Of a stretch of DNA of 64,000 nt, positions 11,136 to 21,512 are shown one piece after another. Origin of the DNA: an uncultured Gemmatimonadaceae bacterium (lineage in GTDB: Bacteria; Gemmatimonadota; Gemmatimonadetes; Gemmatimonadales; Gemmatimonadaceae); contig CAWHHI010000016.1 of NCBI GenBank assembly GCA_963829055.1, positions 736,001 through 800,000 on the forward strand, in the 5' to 3' direction. The number at the start of each line of letters is the position of its first letter. Position 1 is the first letter of the stretch. The notes below the pieces were generated by a model. It searched no databases and was not told where the DNA came from. It saw only the letters and a list, made by a program, of their open reading frames with translations. A program made the translations under genes and the position numbers.

Positions 11136-11371
11136 GGTGAAGCGGGACTTCGGGCGCGGCCGTTGCCGTCGATCCAGTCGTAGAGCTGCTGGATGGAGCC
11201 GCTCAACAGCGTGCCGCCGGCGTAACCCACCATGGTGGCGTCAGGGAGGAAGCCGGGGCGCATGAGTGAACTCTTGCCCGCCCGTCCACCGTCGATGTAG
11301 TACCTCAACGTCGCGACGATGGCGTCGTACTCCGTCGCGTAGGCGGCCGGTGTCTGGATGGCGTGCGGCAT
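11136..11371 (-). pseudogene. Truncated NTF2-like (putative lumazine-binding family) gene
   Basis: ATG 11371 with GGAGG RBS; MPHAIQTPAAYATEYDAIVATLRYYIDGGRAGKSSLMRPGFLPDATMVGY...LYDWIDGNG, then runs into the tRNA fragment; C-terminal part missing. Confidence 0.7.
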
Positions 11372-11968
11372 GACGACATCCTCCGGGGTTGATGTGCGCC
11401 CGCGTGTGAGTCGGCATCGGGTCCGCCCCATGGCACACGGGCGAGCCATGGGCCGGCCGGCTCTGACGCCCCCGCGATGATGCCGGCCACTGGAACTCAC
11501 GTCAAGAACGGGTCTGGGGACAGGTATCCCGAGGGTATCGGGCCCGCGGTTTGCGCTGCCGTGCCGCGCCATCACGTCGCCGCACGGAAGGCCCGCCTAG
11601 GATTGGCCGGAGGGAAACCTCTTCAACAGGCGTGGCCGGCGACCCGCGTGCAGTCCGGAAGGGCCAAGGCCGGCGCGTGGTTCGTCGGCGCCGATCATCG
11701 ATGAACTTGAACCAAAGGGTCAGGGAGATGAGGCGCGCGCAGCGCCATAGATTCCCGCGGCCCGGCGAGCTGGCGTCGTTTGAGGCGCGGACGTTCAGGC
11801 AGTGGGGACCGCGCGTCGTTAGGCGCGCCGCGGCGGGCGATCGAGCGGCGGCGGAATGACCGGGACGGCAGCGGCGTGGACCTCTACTGGTGGATCGCCG
11901 CCCAGCGTGCGGCGCGCGGCCAAGCGCGTCGACGATCGGGCCGATCGAGTGAGTCAGCCGAACACGTC

Positions 11969-12040
11969 ACCGGGTGTGATCGAGCGCATAGCGGTGCGTG
12001 ATCTGCGTTTTTGCGCCCGGAGTTAACACCGGAGTCAACG
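11969..12040. repeat. ~72-bp direct repeat, copy B
   Basis: Matches 5639-5710; contains the tandem 12-mers ccggagttaaca/ccggagtcaacg. Confidence 0.95.
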
Positions 12041-12265
12041 TTGGTTTGGAAAGCCCCCAAACGTTGCTGGCGGTCTACCAGCGCGCCGATGAAACGACCA
12101 TGCGGGCAGGGCTCGCCGGTCGTGATGGGCGGCGCGCCCACGGGATTCGTTAGGACGCTGTACGTTCGCGATGGGCTCTCGACGAACGGACAGCAGGAAC
12201 GGACAGCAACGGCCGATTCGCCTGGAAAAACGACGCCCCGCCTGACGTCGGAACGTCAAACGGGG

Positions 12266-12352
12266 CGGATGGGGCGAGATTCGAACTCGCGGTACGCTTT
12301 CACGTACACACGCTTTCCAGGCGTGCGCCTTAAACCACTCGGCCACCCATCC
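12266..12352 (-). tRNA. tRNA-Ser(GGA)
   Basis: GGATGGG-TGGCCGAGTGGTTTAAGGC-GCACGC CTGGAAA GCGTG-long variable arm-GCGAGTTCGAATCTCGC-CCCATCC-G; CCA not encoded. Confidence 0.97.
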
Positions 12353-12446
12353 CGAGAGGGGCGTGACGTCCAAGCCGCGGCCGCCAGCGTACCCTCGACA
12401 CCACGTGTGCTGTGACTCCGTGGGCACCCACGGCGGTCGGTTGGTA

Positions 12447-12535
12447 CGGACAGGGAGAGATTCGAACTCTCGATACCGCGTAAACGGTATGCCGGTTTTC
12501 GAGACCGGTGCCTTCAACCACTCGGCCACCTGTCC
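12447..12535 (-). tRNA. tRNA-Ser(CGA)
   Basis: GGACAGG-TGGCCGAGTGGTTGAAGGC-ACCGGT CTCGAAA ACCGG-long variable arm-GAGAGTTCGAATCTCTC-CCTGTCC-G; CCA not encoded. Confidence 0.97.
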
Positions 12536-12548
12536 AGCAGAGCCGAGA

Positions 12549-12577
12549 AACCTAGTCAGGCGAAAATCCATGGTCAA
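12549..12577 (-). promoter_or_regulatory. Sigma70-type promoter for the tRNA-Ser pair
   Basis: TTGACC-17 bp-TAGGTT directly upstream of tRNA-Ser(CGA). Confidence 0.65.
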
Positions 12578-12732
12578 CGCGCGCAAGCACCTATTCTCGC
12601 GCCGCCCGAGGCCCTGCACGTAGCGCCAAATGGCGAGCAGGTGGCGGCAGCTCGTCGACCAGCAACCAGCACGAGCGACCAGCCCTCAGCCGAGCTTCCG
12701 GTTCCCCGTTCCCGGTTCGCCGTTCCGTTGGC

Positions 12733-14451
12733 TTACGGCTCTCCCGGGAACTCGACGTGATACGCCACTGTGCTCCCCTGACGACGCTCCATCACCAGTC
12801 GCACGTTCCGCCGCTGGAGCTCGGCCACGAGGCCCGGTTCGGCACCGTCGAGCGCGAACATGTGCGACCCAAAGACCCAGAGACGGGGCCGCGCAATCGC
12901 CGCCATGCGCGTGACCTCGAGCTCGGCCCAGCCACTATCGGGCTGCAGCGGCAGGGCAAGCTGGTCCGGCGTGAGCGTGGGGTTCAATGATCGCGTAGAC
13001 GTGCGATACTGCCGGCCCGTTGGCATGCCTATGATCTCGGCTCGTCCGCGGTAGCGGCGCGCGAGCAGCTCGGCCGAATCGAGTCGCGCACGCCCCCGTG
13101 GAGGCGCATTGTTGTGTGCCGGTGCCCCTGCCCCGGCGATCGAGGCTGCCCAGCGCAGGCGATCCACGTCGGGCGCATTCCAGTCCGTCGTGTAGAAGAT
13201 CCAGAGCGGAAACGACCGCGCCGCGACGTACACCGGTTCGCCTCGACTCATGCTGTCGACGTCCGCGATGATCTGCTTCCCGACGGCGAAGTAGACCGGA
13301 TGCGCGATGCGGTCGACGTGCGTTGGCGCCACGGCAATCGCGATCGCGCCGGTGGCAGCCGCCAGCGCGCCAGTCGCGACGCGCACCGGCGCGAGCTCCA
13401 CCAGCCGCGCGACGAGCGATGCGTACGCGATGAGCGTGAGCGGCGCCGCGAACAGGAAGAGCCGATCCATCACCGGATACAGACCGAGCGCGCACGCCAC
13501 CGCGCTCAACACCAGAGGGGCCGCCACGAGCACAGCACCAACCCGTCCGCGTCGCCAGAGGGTCCAGACGCCAGCGAGCCACAGCAACGCGAAGACGCTA
13601 CCAGGCACGAACAGCGCAGCGCGGAGTGTCGGCGCGGCAAGCGCCGAGATTGCGAAGAATCGAAGACGCTGCACGAAATCGGGCGCGCGCGGATCCAGGA
13701 AGGTCCCGTCCCAGAAGGCGCGCATATACGCGCTCGATGCGGCCGATCGGTAGATGAGCAGGTACAGCATCGAGAACACGATCGCCCACGACACCGCCGC
13801 AATCGCCAACCGTCGACGGCCGTCGCTCGAGCGGCGAGTCTCGCGATCGACGAGCAGCGCGATGACGACGCCGCCTAACGTGAACACAGCCGGCTGCGAA
13901 AGCAGCAGGCAGACGACGCCACCGGCTGTGAGCTGTAGCCACGCGGTACGCGCGTGCGGATTCGCGGCGACGCGCAGCGCGAGCCACACGGCCAGTCCGG
14001 TCGCCAACGGGTCCACCCCGTACTGCTTCGCTTCGGCGGCGAACGTCACGAGCGTGACGGACACGGCAACGAGCACGATCGCGACGGATGCCGTCGCAGC
14101 ACCGGCGATCCGCCGCGCCAGGACCCAGGTCAACGGAATGAGCGCGACGCCAGCGACGAACGGCAACACGCGAAGTGATCGCTCACTCACACCGCCGACA
14201 CTGACCGCAATCCGCTCGATCCAGAGATAGAGGAGCGGCGCGGTCTGATCGTAATCGAGCGGCCGAGCGAGCTGTCCCATCGACCGCGCGCCGATGTTCA
14301 ACGCGAGCATCGCCTCGTCGAGCCACAGCGGCCGATCGCGCATGAACTCGGCTATGCGCAGCCCGATCCCCACAACGCTCGCCAGAATCGCGATGACGAT
14401 GGGAACGAGCGCAGAGCGGTTGTGGTTGGCGGCGGGCGCGCCCTGCTCCAT
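12733..14451 (-). CDS. GT-C fold integral membrane glycosyltransferase (ArnT/PMT/GT39-like)
   Basis: RPLWLDEAMLALNI, QTAPLLYLWIER, AAEAKQYG, many TM helices; start could be at 14574. Confidence 0.8.
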   Translation of the reverse strand: MEQGAPAANHNRSALVPIVIAILASVVGIGLRIAEFMRDRPLWLDEAMLALNIGARSMGQLARPLDYDQTAPLLYLWIERIAVSVGGVSERSLRVLPFVAGVALIPLTWVLARRIAGAATASVAIVLVAVSVTLVTFAAEAKQYGVDPLATGLAVWLALRVAANPHARTAWLQLTAGGVVCLLLSQPAVFTLGGVVIALLVDRETRRSSDGRRRLAIAAVSWAIVFSMLYLLIYRSAASSAYMRAFWDGTFLDPRAPDFVQRLRFFAISALAAPTLRAALFVPGSVFALLWLAGVWTLWRRGRVGAVLVAAPLVLSAVACALGLYPVMDRLFLFAAPLTLIAYASLVARLVELAPVRVATGALAAATGAIAIAVAPTHVDRIAHPVYFAVGKQIIADVDSMSRGEPVYVAARSFPLWIFYTTDWNAPDVDRLRWAASIAGAGAPAHNNAPPRGRARLDSAELLARRYRGRAEIIGMPTGRQYRTSTRSLNPTLTPDQLALPLQPDSGWAELEVTRMAAIARPRLWVFGSHMFALDGAEPGLVAELQRRNVRLVMERRQGSTVAYHVEFPGEP

Positions 14452-14610
14452 CGTGTCACGATTCGAGACCGGTCGCGCCGAGTGCGCGTGAGAGAAGGAC
14501 GCGCAGGATGGCGCCCGAGGCACGCGGACTGGAGCTCGCTCGGCGTCCGTCATCCGCTGTCGCCGTCCGGCCATTGGCCTCCTTCCTCCGGCCTCCTCCT
14601 TCCTAAGGCC

Positions 14611-15096
14611 TCAGCCCCTCCGCTCCCGAAAAAACCCAGAGAGTAGAGCAGCACAGTCGTCCGCTAAAACGCCCGCCACCACTTCCGGCCGGTGATTGAG
14701 CCGCGGATGTCGCAACAGGTCGCCCACTGATCCACCCATGCCAGCTTTCTCGTCCCACGCCCCGAAAACGACACGCGCCATGCGCGCGAGGACGATAGCC
14801 CCCGCACACATGGCGCATGGCTCGAGCGTTACCACCAGCGTGCAGTCGTCGAGGCGCCAGCGGCCGAGTGCGCGCGACGCCTCGCGGATCGCGAGCACCT
14901 CGGCGTGCGCGGTGGGGTCCTGATCGCGAACCGTGCGGTTCGCGCCACGCGCGAGGATCCGGTCGTGCTGAATCACCACCGCGCCCACGGGCACGTCGCC
15001 GACCGCAGCGCTATCCGCAGCGGCGGCGAGCGCCTCACGCATCCACGTGTCCCACGCGCCGCTGCTCACCTGATCGATGCTCGAACGAGCAATCAA
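14611..15096 (-). CDS. tadA: tRNA adenosine(34) deaminase
   Basis: [35 protein letters not shown]. Confidence 0.93.
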   Translation of the reverse strand: MIARSSIDQVSSGAWDTWMREALAAAADSAAVGDVPVGAVVIQHDRILARGANRTVRDQDPTAHAEVLAIREASRALGRWRLDDCTLVVTLEPCAMCAGAIVLARMARVVFGAWDEKAGMGGSVGDLLRHPRLNHRPEVVAGVLADDCAALLSGFFRERRG

Positions 15097-17714
15097 CGAG
15101 CTGCGACGACGGGCTCCTCCTGCTGCGCCTCCGCCTTCGTGAACACGATCTCCCCGTCGGCACCCTCGGTGGCGAGGATCGCGTCGCCGTCGTGGAACTG
15201 ACCGCCGAGCAACGCCATCGATAGCGGGTTCTGAATCATCCGCTGGATCGCCCGCTTGAGCGGACGTGCACCGTATGTCGGATCATACCCCTCCGACGTG
15301 AGCGCATGCTTCGCCTCCGGCGAGAGCTCGAGCGTGATCTTCTTCTCAGCCAACAGCTGCCGGAGGCGCGTGAGCTGCAGTTCCACGATGTCCTCCAACT
15401 GCTCTCGGCTGAGCGGACGGAACACGATGATGTCATCGACGCGGTTCAGGAACTCGGGGCGGAAATGCCCGCGCAGCGCGCCGAGCACCTGCGACTCGAC
15501 TTCGGCCCAGTCGGCCGTGCCGCGCTCGAGAATGATCTGACTGCCCACGTTGGACGTCATGATGATGACGGTGTTCCGGAAGTCCACCGTGCGGCCCTGC
15601 GAGTCCGTGAGCCGACCGTCATCGAGAATCTGCAGCAGGATGTTGAACACGTCCGGATGCGCTTTCTCGATCTCGTCGAACAGGATCACGGAGTACGGCC
15701 GGCGCCTAACGGCTTCCGTCAGCTGACCACCTTCCTCGAAGCCGACGTATCCCGGAGGCGCACCGATGAGGCGAGCGACGGCGTGCTTCTCCATGTACTC
15801 GGACATGTCGATGCGCACCATCGCGTGCTCGTCGTCGAACAGGAAGTCCGCGAGTGCCCGCGCCGTCTCGGTCTTTCCAACGCCCGTGGGGCCGAGGAAG
15901 ATGAACGAGCCGATCGGACGATTCGGATCCTGCAACCCGGCACGCGAGCGGCGGACCGCGTTCGCGACGGCTTCCACCGCCTCACGCTGTCCGACGACGC
16001 GATGCGCCAGCTCATCCTCGAGCTTCGTTAGGCGCTCGCGCTCGCTTTCCAGCATGCGCGTGATTGGAATTCCAGTCCACCGCGACACGACCTCGGCGAT
16101 GTCATCCGCCGCGACTTCCTCCTTCAGGAACTGGGGGCGCCCCGAGGCGCTCGCGAGACGCTGCTCCGCATCGCGCATCTGCTGCTCGAGCTGCGGAATC
16201 CTCCCGTACGTGATCTCGGCCGCCTTGCCGAGGTCACCTCGGCGCGTCGCCTGGTCTGCCTCGATGCGCGCCTGTTCGATCTCCTGCTTGATGCGTCCAA
16301 CAGCGCCGAGCGTTTCCTTCTCGTGCTGCCACTGCGCCTTCATGCCTTGCGAGCGCTCGCGTAGCTCCGCGAGCTCACGCTCGAGGTTCTCGCGGCGCTC
16401 CACAGACGCGGGATCCTTCTCCTTCTGCAGCGCCTGTCGTTCGATCTCGAGCTGCACGATGCGGCGCTCTACTTCGTCGATCTCCTGCGGCATCGAGTCG
16501 ATCTCGATGCGGAGGCGAGATGCGGCCTCGTCGATGAGGTCGATGGCCTTGTCCGGCAGGAAGCGGTCGCCGATGTAGCGGTTCGACAGCGTGGCGGCAG
16601 CAACCACCGCACCGTCGGTGATACGCACACCATGGTGTGCCTCGTAGCGCTCCTTGAGGCCGCGCAGGATGGCGATCGTGCTCTCGACGCTTGGCTCCCC
16701 AACGAACACCGGCTGGAAGCGCCGCTCCAGCGCCGCATCCTTTTCGATGTATTTGCGATACTCGTCGAGCGTGGTTGCGCCGACCACGCGCAGCTCGCCG
16801 CGAGCGAGCATCGGCTTGAGCATGTTGCCCGCATCCATCGCGCCTTCGGCCTTCCCTGCACCAACGAGCGTGTGCAGCTCGTCGATGAACACGACGAACA
16901 GCCCCTGGCTGTCGGTGATCTCCTTGAGGACGGCCTTGAGCCGCTCCTCGAACTCACCGCGGAACTTGGCGCCAGCGATGAGCGCGCCGAGGTCGAGCGC
17001 GATGAGACGCTTGTTGCGCAGACTCTCGGGGACGTCGCCGTTCACGATGCGCTGCGCGAGCCCTTCGGCGATGGCGGTCTTGCCGACGCCGGGTTCGCCG
17101 ATGAGAACCGGGTTGTTCTTCGTGCGCCGCGAGAGCACCTGCATAACGCGGCGAATCTCCTCGTCGCGACCGATGACCGGATCCAGTTTGCCCTTGCGAG
17201 CAGCATCGGTGAGGTCGCGCGTGTAACGCTGAAGCGCCTGGTACTGGTTTTCTGGCGTCTGATCCGTGACGCGGTGCGAGCCGCGCACGGCCTGCAATGC
17301 CTCGAGCAGCGCGTCGCGAGTTGCGCCGAGGGCGCCGAGAATGGTTCGGCTCTCGGAGCCCTTCGTCTCGGCGAGCGCGAGCAGCAGGTGCTCGGTCGAG
17401 ATGTACTCGTCGCCGAGCGCCTTTGCCTCATCCTCGGCCTTGTCGAGGACCTGGTTCATCTCGCGCGACATCGACGGCTGCGCGTTGCTCTGCTTGGGGA
17501 ACCGCGCGGACTCCCGCTCGACCTGCTCGCGGAGCTGCGTGACATTGACGCCGAGCTTTTGCAGGATGGGCACGACGATCCCCTCGTCCTGCCCAAGCAG
17601 GGCGGACAGGAGATGGAGGTCGTACACCAACGGATTGCCGGCGCGCCGGGCCTGTGCAATGGCCTCGTTCAGCGCTTCGGCTGATTTGACGGTAAGACGG
17701 TCGGCGTTGATCAT
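15093..17714 (-). CDS. clpB: ATP-dependent chaperone ClpB
   Basis: Two AAA+ modules ([16 protein letters not shown]), coiled-coil middle domain, [21 protein letters not shown]. Confidence 0.98.
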   Translation of the reverse strand: MINADRLTVKSAEALNEAIAQARRAGNPLVYDLHLLSALLGQDEGIVVPILQKLGVNVTQLREQVERESARFPKQSNAQPSMSREMNQVLDKAEDEAKALGDEYISTEHLLLALAETKGSESRTILGALGATRDALLEALQAVRGSHRVTDQTPENQYQALQRYTRDLTDAARKGKLDPVIGRDEEIRRVMQVLSRRTKNNPVLIGEPGVGKTAIAEGLAQRIVNGDVPESLRNKRLIALDLGALIAGAKFRGEFEERLKAVLKEITDSQGLFVVFIDELHTLVGAGKAEGAMDAGNMLKPMLARGELRVVGATTLDEYRKYIEKDAALERRFQPVFVGEPSVESTIAILRGLKERYEAHHGVRITDGAVVAAATLSNRYIGDRFLPDKAIDLIDEAASRLRIEIDSMPQEIDEVERRIVQLEIERQALQKEKDPASVERRENLERELAELRERSQGMKAQWQHEKETLGAVGRIKQEIEQARIEADQATRRGDLGKAAEITYGRIPQLEQQMRDAEQRLASASGRPQFLKEEVAADDIAEVVSRWTGIPITRMLESERERLTKLEDELAHRVVGQREAVEAVANAVRRSRAGLQDPNRPIGSFIFLGPTGVGKTETARALADFLFDDEHAMVRIDMSEYMEKHAVARLIGAPPGYVGFEEGGQLTEAVRRRPYSVILFDEIEKAHPDVFNILLQILDDGRLTDSQGRTVDFRNTVIIMTSNVGSQIILERGTADWAEVESQVLGALRGHFRPEFLNRVDDIIVFRPLSREQLEDIVELQLTRLRQLLAEKKITLELSPEAKHALTSEGYDPTYGARPLKRAIQRMIQNPLSMALLGGQFHDGDAILATEGADGEIVFTKAEAQQEEPVVAAR

Positions 17715-17796
17715 GTGCTGAGCAATAGGAACTGGGGAAGCGGGCCGAGCCCGCTTCCCTCGTCTTGATACCTGGTTGAAGTAGGCACCCCTAGAG

Positions 17797-17813
17797 GGCA
17801 ACCGCAATGCCGC
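17797..17813 (-). promoter_or_regulatory. Possible sigma54 (-24/-12) promoter upstream of clpB
   Basis: Minus strand GCGGCATTGCGGTTGCC fits GG-N10-GC with GGCA...TTGC, ~85 bp upstream of the ATG. Confidence 0.4.
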
Positions 17814-17861
17814 ATGCAGTGCGCCGTTGTGGCGCACTTTTGCCAACTTCGCCGACCGCGT

Positions 17862-18548
17862 TCAGCGCTCCTGTGCCCGAGCGGCAGCGACGCGACGCAA
17901 AGCGGCTGCGGCGTCGTCGACCAGCCGCGTGAGGGCGCGAGAGGTGGCGGCCGAGAGCGCCGCCACGACGGAGTCGATGTTTCGGGACTCGGCAACCAGT
18001 TCCACCTCGTGCGCCGCGCCCGACCAGACGACGGAGTCGTCGGCAACGCGGATCAGCCTAGCCGCCAGAGACACCGACGTGGAGACGGACGTGGGCCCAT
18101 CGACTTCGTCGAACTCGCGCACGACGCCGCGCCACTCGTACTCACCCGGCCGAGCCGCCGACCGGTCGAATGCGACGCGCCCAGACGTGAGGACGCCGCC
18201 ACCGGCGATCGTCTCCGTTCGCGTCGCGAGCATGTCGGCAAGCGGAATCGCCCACTCACGCGATGGGTACTTTCCGTAGCCCGTCGCACCCACGCGGTAC
18301 ACGAGCGATCCGTCGCCGTAGATGCCGGGTGTCTCGTACGCGAGGATCGCGATCGTCCCCGTGAGAGGCGCTGCGGCCGTTGCCGGAGCCGTGGTAGCCG
18401 CCGAGTCGACCGGGGCGAGTCGATAGAACTCGCGCGGTGGTAGCGTGCCGCGGAAGCATCCCGTCTGCACCACGTAAACGGCCACGGCCGCGACGGTCGC
18501 AAGCGCTCGCGCGCCGGTCCGGCGCCACGCTCGTCGCGGACTACTCAC
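17862..18548 (-). CDS. ABC-type transport auxiliary lipoprotein (PqiC-like)
   Basis: Lipobox-like VVQTGC, FYRL, TPGIYG..LVYR, EWAIPL; directly downstream of the MlaD gene. Confidence 0.75.
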   Translation of the reverse strand: MSSPRRAWRRTGARALATVAAVAVYVVQTGCFRGTLPPREFYRLAPVDSAATTAPATAAAPLTGTIAILAYETPGIYGDGSLVYRVGATGYGKYPSREWAIPLADMLATRTETIAGGGVLTSGRVAFDRSAARPGEYEWRGVVREFDEVDGPTSVSTSVSLAARLIRVADDSVVWSGAAHEVELVAESRNIDSVVAALSAATSRALTRLVDDAAAALRRVAAARAQER

Positions 18549-19449
18549 GGAGGGGCGGTCCCAAAGGCTTCGGAGCGAGCGTGCGACGCTTGAGCAGACT
18601 CGAAGGGTCGCGCTCGAGCCGCGCGGACAGCTTCGCAAAATTCTCCGATGCGGAATTGAGGTTCTGCACGAGCTGGTTCACGCCGCCGCCCTGGTCCATC
18701 GCGCTCCGCAGCTCGATGACGAGCGATCGCGTCTCGCGCAGCGTCTCGAGCGCCTCGCGCTGCGTGTTGGCGAGTCCGGGGCTCGCGCCTGCCACCGCGG
18801 TATCGATCGTTCCAACGAGGCGCTCCGAATGCGCGAGCAGTTCACCGAGCTGGCGCGACGCGGCGTCGAGTCGATTCAGAAGTCGCTCCGAGCCCACCGT
18901 CGCGCCGCGCACGAGCGTGTCCGCGCGCGCGAGCGTCGAATCCAGTCGTGCAAGTGGATTCGCCTGCGTGAGCCGCTCGACGGAAGCGAACACGCTGTCC
19001 GCGCGATCCAGCGACACAGCGAGCCGGCGCATCGCATCCTGGACACTCAGGTTTGTCTCGCTCGGAATGCGCGCACCGGTCGCCAGGGTCGGCCCCTCTC
19101 CTGCGCCCGGCTCGAGCGCGAGGTAGGGCTGTCCGAGCAGGCCGAGTTGCGTGATGCTCGCGCGCGTCCCGGCGCGAACCGGCGTTAGGCTGCGCACGCG
19201 AAACCGAACCACGATGGCGGACGGCGGGGCTGAGTCGATGTCGAGCGCGGTCACCGCCCCAACACGGAGGCCGCCGTAACGCACCTCGTCACCCACGTTC
19301 AACCCGGCCACGTCGCGAAACGTGGTGCTGTACTCGTGCTGTCGATCGAGCAATGGCGTGCGTCGCGCGAACAATACGAGGCTGATGAACGCGATCGTGC
19401 CGACTCCCACGAGAACGGCAACACGCGCTCGCTCCCTTCGTGCGCTCAC
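18541..19449 (-). CDS. mlaD: MlaD/MCE family protein
   Basis: N-terminal TM, FRDVAGLNVGDEVRYGGLRVGAV, GLLGQPYLAL, helical C-terminus ending LERDPSSLL. Confidence 0.88.
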   Translation of the reverse strand: MSARRERARVAVLVGVGTIAFISLVLFARRTPLLDRQHEYSTTFRDVAGLNVGDEVRYGGLRVGAVTALDIDSAPPSAIVVRFRVRSLTPVRAGTRASITQLGLLGQPYLALEPGAGEGPTLATGARIPSETNLSVQDAMRRLAVSLDRADSVFASVERLTQANPLARLDSTLARADTLVRGATVGSERLLNRLDAASRQLGELLAHSERLVGTIDTAVAGASPGLANTQREALETLRETRSLVIELRSAMDQGGGVNQLVQNLNSASENFAKLSARLERDPSSLLKRRTLAPKPLGPPLRE

Positions 19450-20192
19450 GCCGCGCCTCGGCGATCGATGAAACGACGCACAGCCTGGTGTTGACTCCGG
19501 CGTAGGTGGTCGAGATCACCATGTTCGACGACTCGCCCGGCGGACAGCACGGACACGGCATCCGGGGACCGGAATGCGTAGCGCACCTCCTGCGAGCAGA
19601 TGAGCGCCGCGCAGCCGTATCGCAGCTGGAGCGCGGCGAGCGTGTCGTCGAGCTCCGTCGCGGCATGTGGATCGAGCCCGTGGCCTGGCTCGTCGATGAG
19701 CAGCAGTGGTGGCTCGAGGATGAGCGCCCGCGCCAGCGCCGCGCGGCGACGATCGAGTCGTGACAGGAACTCTGGCGTCCGGTCGATATCGCCTTCCACG
19801 CCCACCTCGCGAAGCAGCTCGGCGGCGCGGTCTCGCGCGGCACGAGCATCCATGTCCGTGTGCTCGACGAGTGGTAACTCCACGTTCTCCAGCATCGTCA
19901 GGCGTGAAACGAGCGCCGAGCTGTCGAACAGCACACCGACTCGACGACGCGCGCGGGCGAGCTGCTCGTCGTTAGGCGCGGCGGCATCGAACGAGATGCC
20001 GTCGATGGTCACCGTCCCGTGTTCGGAGCGTTGGAGCCCGAGCAGGAGTCGAAGCAACAACGATTTTCCGGAGTGCATCGGGCCCAGCACGATGTGCGTG
20101 CCGCCGCGCGGCACCGTGAGCGACACGTGCCGCATGATGGGTGAACCGGCGGGACCCGTCAGGTCCTGGACCTCCAGCGCAACGGAGCTCAC
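19446..20192 (-). CDS. mlaF: MlaF-like ABC ATP-binding protein
   Basis: Walker A GPMHSGKS, ARALILEPPLLLIDEP; lies between mlaE and mlaD. Confidence 0.8.
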   Translation of the reverse strand: MSSVALEVQDLTGPAGSPIMRHVSLTVPRGGTHIVLGPMHSGKSLLLRLLLGLQRSEHGTVTIDGISFDAAAPNDEQLARARRRVGVLFDSSALVSRLTMLENVELPLVEHTDMDARAARDRAAELLREVGVEGDIDRTPEFLSRLDRRRAALARALILEPPLLLIDEPGHGLDPHAATELDDTLAALQLRYGCAALICSQEVRYAFRSPDAVSVLSAGRVVEHGDLDHLRRSQHQAVRRFIDRRGAA

Positions 20193-20983
20193 GTGAGCCC
20201 CGGGATGAAGTACACGAACGCGTTCACCATCGTGTCGGCGGCGAGCACGCTGATGAGACAGTGCACGACGGCCCGCGTCGCGGCATCGCCAATCGCGCTC
20301 ACGCGACGCTCGACGCGCAACCCCTCGTCGGCCGCAATGAGTCCGATGAGAATCGCGAACATGACCGACTTGGCGAGGCCCACGCCCACGTCCCCTAACG
20401 CGAGCGATTCATGCACGTGCTGCAGGTACAGCGCGCTGTTGTAGCCGAGCGCGACGGACGTACCGAGCCATCCACCAACGACCGCGAGCATCACCGCGAC
20501 CGCTGTCAGCGCCGGCAGCGCGATCAGGAGCGCGGCGAGCTTCGGCACCACGAGATACTTCACCGGATCGAGGCCCATCGCACGAAGCGCGTCGATCTCG
20601 CCGTTCGCGCTCATCGATGCGAATTCACCGGCGATGGCGGCCGCGCTCCGCGCGACGACGAGGATCGCGACGACAATCGGACCGATCTCGCGAGCGACGA
20701 ACCAGGCGAGCGCACGGGCGCTCACGACTTCGGCGCCATAGGGCGCGAGTTGGTACGCCACCTGGAACACCGTGATGAGGCCCACGAGCAGCGCTGACGC
20801 GGCGACCAGTCGAATCGCGCCGAAGCCCAGGACGTCGAGCTCGCGCGTGACGCTCGCCGCCACCGGAGTCGGACGATCCGAGGCACTGGGCGCGAGCAGC
20901 GACGCGAGCCAGTAGGCCGAGCGCAGGGCGAGGCGACCACGCGTGATGAATCGGCCGCCGGGAATGCCGAACGACTGCGACAT
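20189..20983 (-). CDS. mlaE: MlaE family ABC permease
   Basis: REIGPIVVAILVVARSAAAIAGEF...EIDALRAMGLDPVKYLVVPK, ATRAVV; GGAGGA RBS. Confidence 0.9.
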   Translation of the reverse strand: MSQSFGIPGGRFITRGRLALRSAYWLASLLAPSASDRPTPVAASVTRELDVLGFGAIRLVAASALLVGLITVFQVAYQLAPYGAEVVSARALAWFVAREIGPIVVAILVVARSAAAIAGEFASMSANGEIDALRAMGLDPVKYLVVPKLAALLIALPALTAVAVMLAVVGGWLGTSVALGYNSALYLQHVHESLALGDVGVGLAKSVMFAILIGLIAADEGLRVERRVSAIGDAATRAVVHCLISVLAADTMVNAFVYFIPGLT

Positions 20984-21060
20984 GTCCTCCGTCGCGTCGG
21001 CGTCGCCGGGCGTCACGCTCGCTTGACGCATTCGAGGCCGGTGGATAGCCTTGCCGCCAC

Positions 21061-21429
21061 ATGGGAACGCCGTCGATCGCCAGGCATGTCTCGCTGATTG
21101 TTCTGGTAGCTCTCGCTGCAGTCACAGGCTGCCAGCGCTCACGCTCCGCCAACGGCGTGAGCGACGCGACGTTCGTGGCCGTGATGGCAGACCTGAAGCG
21201 CGTGCAGGACGCTCCGGGGTTGAACGCCAGCCAGAAGGCGGCTCGTCGCGACTCGGTGTTGCAAAGTCGGGGCCTCACGCCAGCTCAGCTGGAACAAGCG
21301 GCGAGGGAGCTCGCCCAGAATCCGACGCGCGCGCAGACGGTCTGGCAGGCGGTCCAGCGTCGCGCCGCCGATACGGCGGCTAAGGCCGTTGCGCCTCCGG
21401 CGCCCGCGGCGCCGCCCACTCCCAAGTAG
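21061..21429 (+). CDS. Small lipoprotein (possibly DUF4296-like)
   Basis: Lipobox AVTGC, helical body ...RRDSVLQSRGLT..., followed by a strong hairpin. Confidence 0.6.
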   Translation: MGTPSIARHVSLIVLVALAAVTGCQRSRSANGVSDATFVAVMADLKRVQDAPGLNASQKAARRDSVLQSRGLTPAQLEQAARELAQNPTRAQTVWQAVQRRAADTAAKAVAPPAPAAPPTPK

Positions 21430-21459
21430 CGCAGTACGGCCGTATCGCCGCGCATAACG

Positions 21460-21492
21460 CGAGCGCCCCCCGGAATTCCCGGGGGGCGCTCG
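21460..21492. terminator. GC-rich hairpin between convergent genes (likely bidirectional terminator)
   Basis: cgagcgccccccgg-aattc-ccggggggcgctcg perfect inverted repeat; no clear U-tract. Confidence 0.75.
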
Positions 21493-21512
21493 ACACCTGC
21501 ACGATATGTTCG

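Noticed and set aside
11400..11960. Coding or ncRNA feature between the NTF2 remnant and repeat B
   Set aside because: Only short ORFs without recognisable motifs, and no structured RNA I can support; probably decayed sequence.
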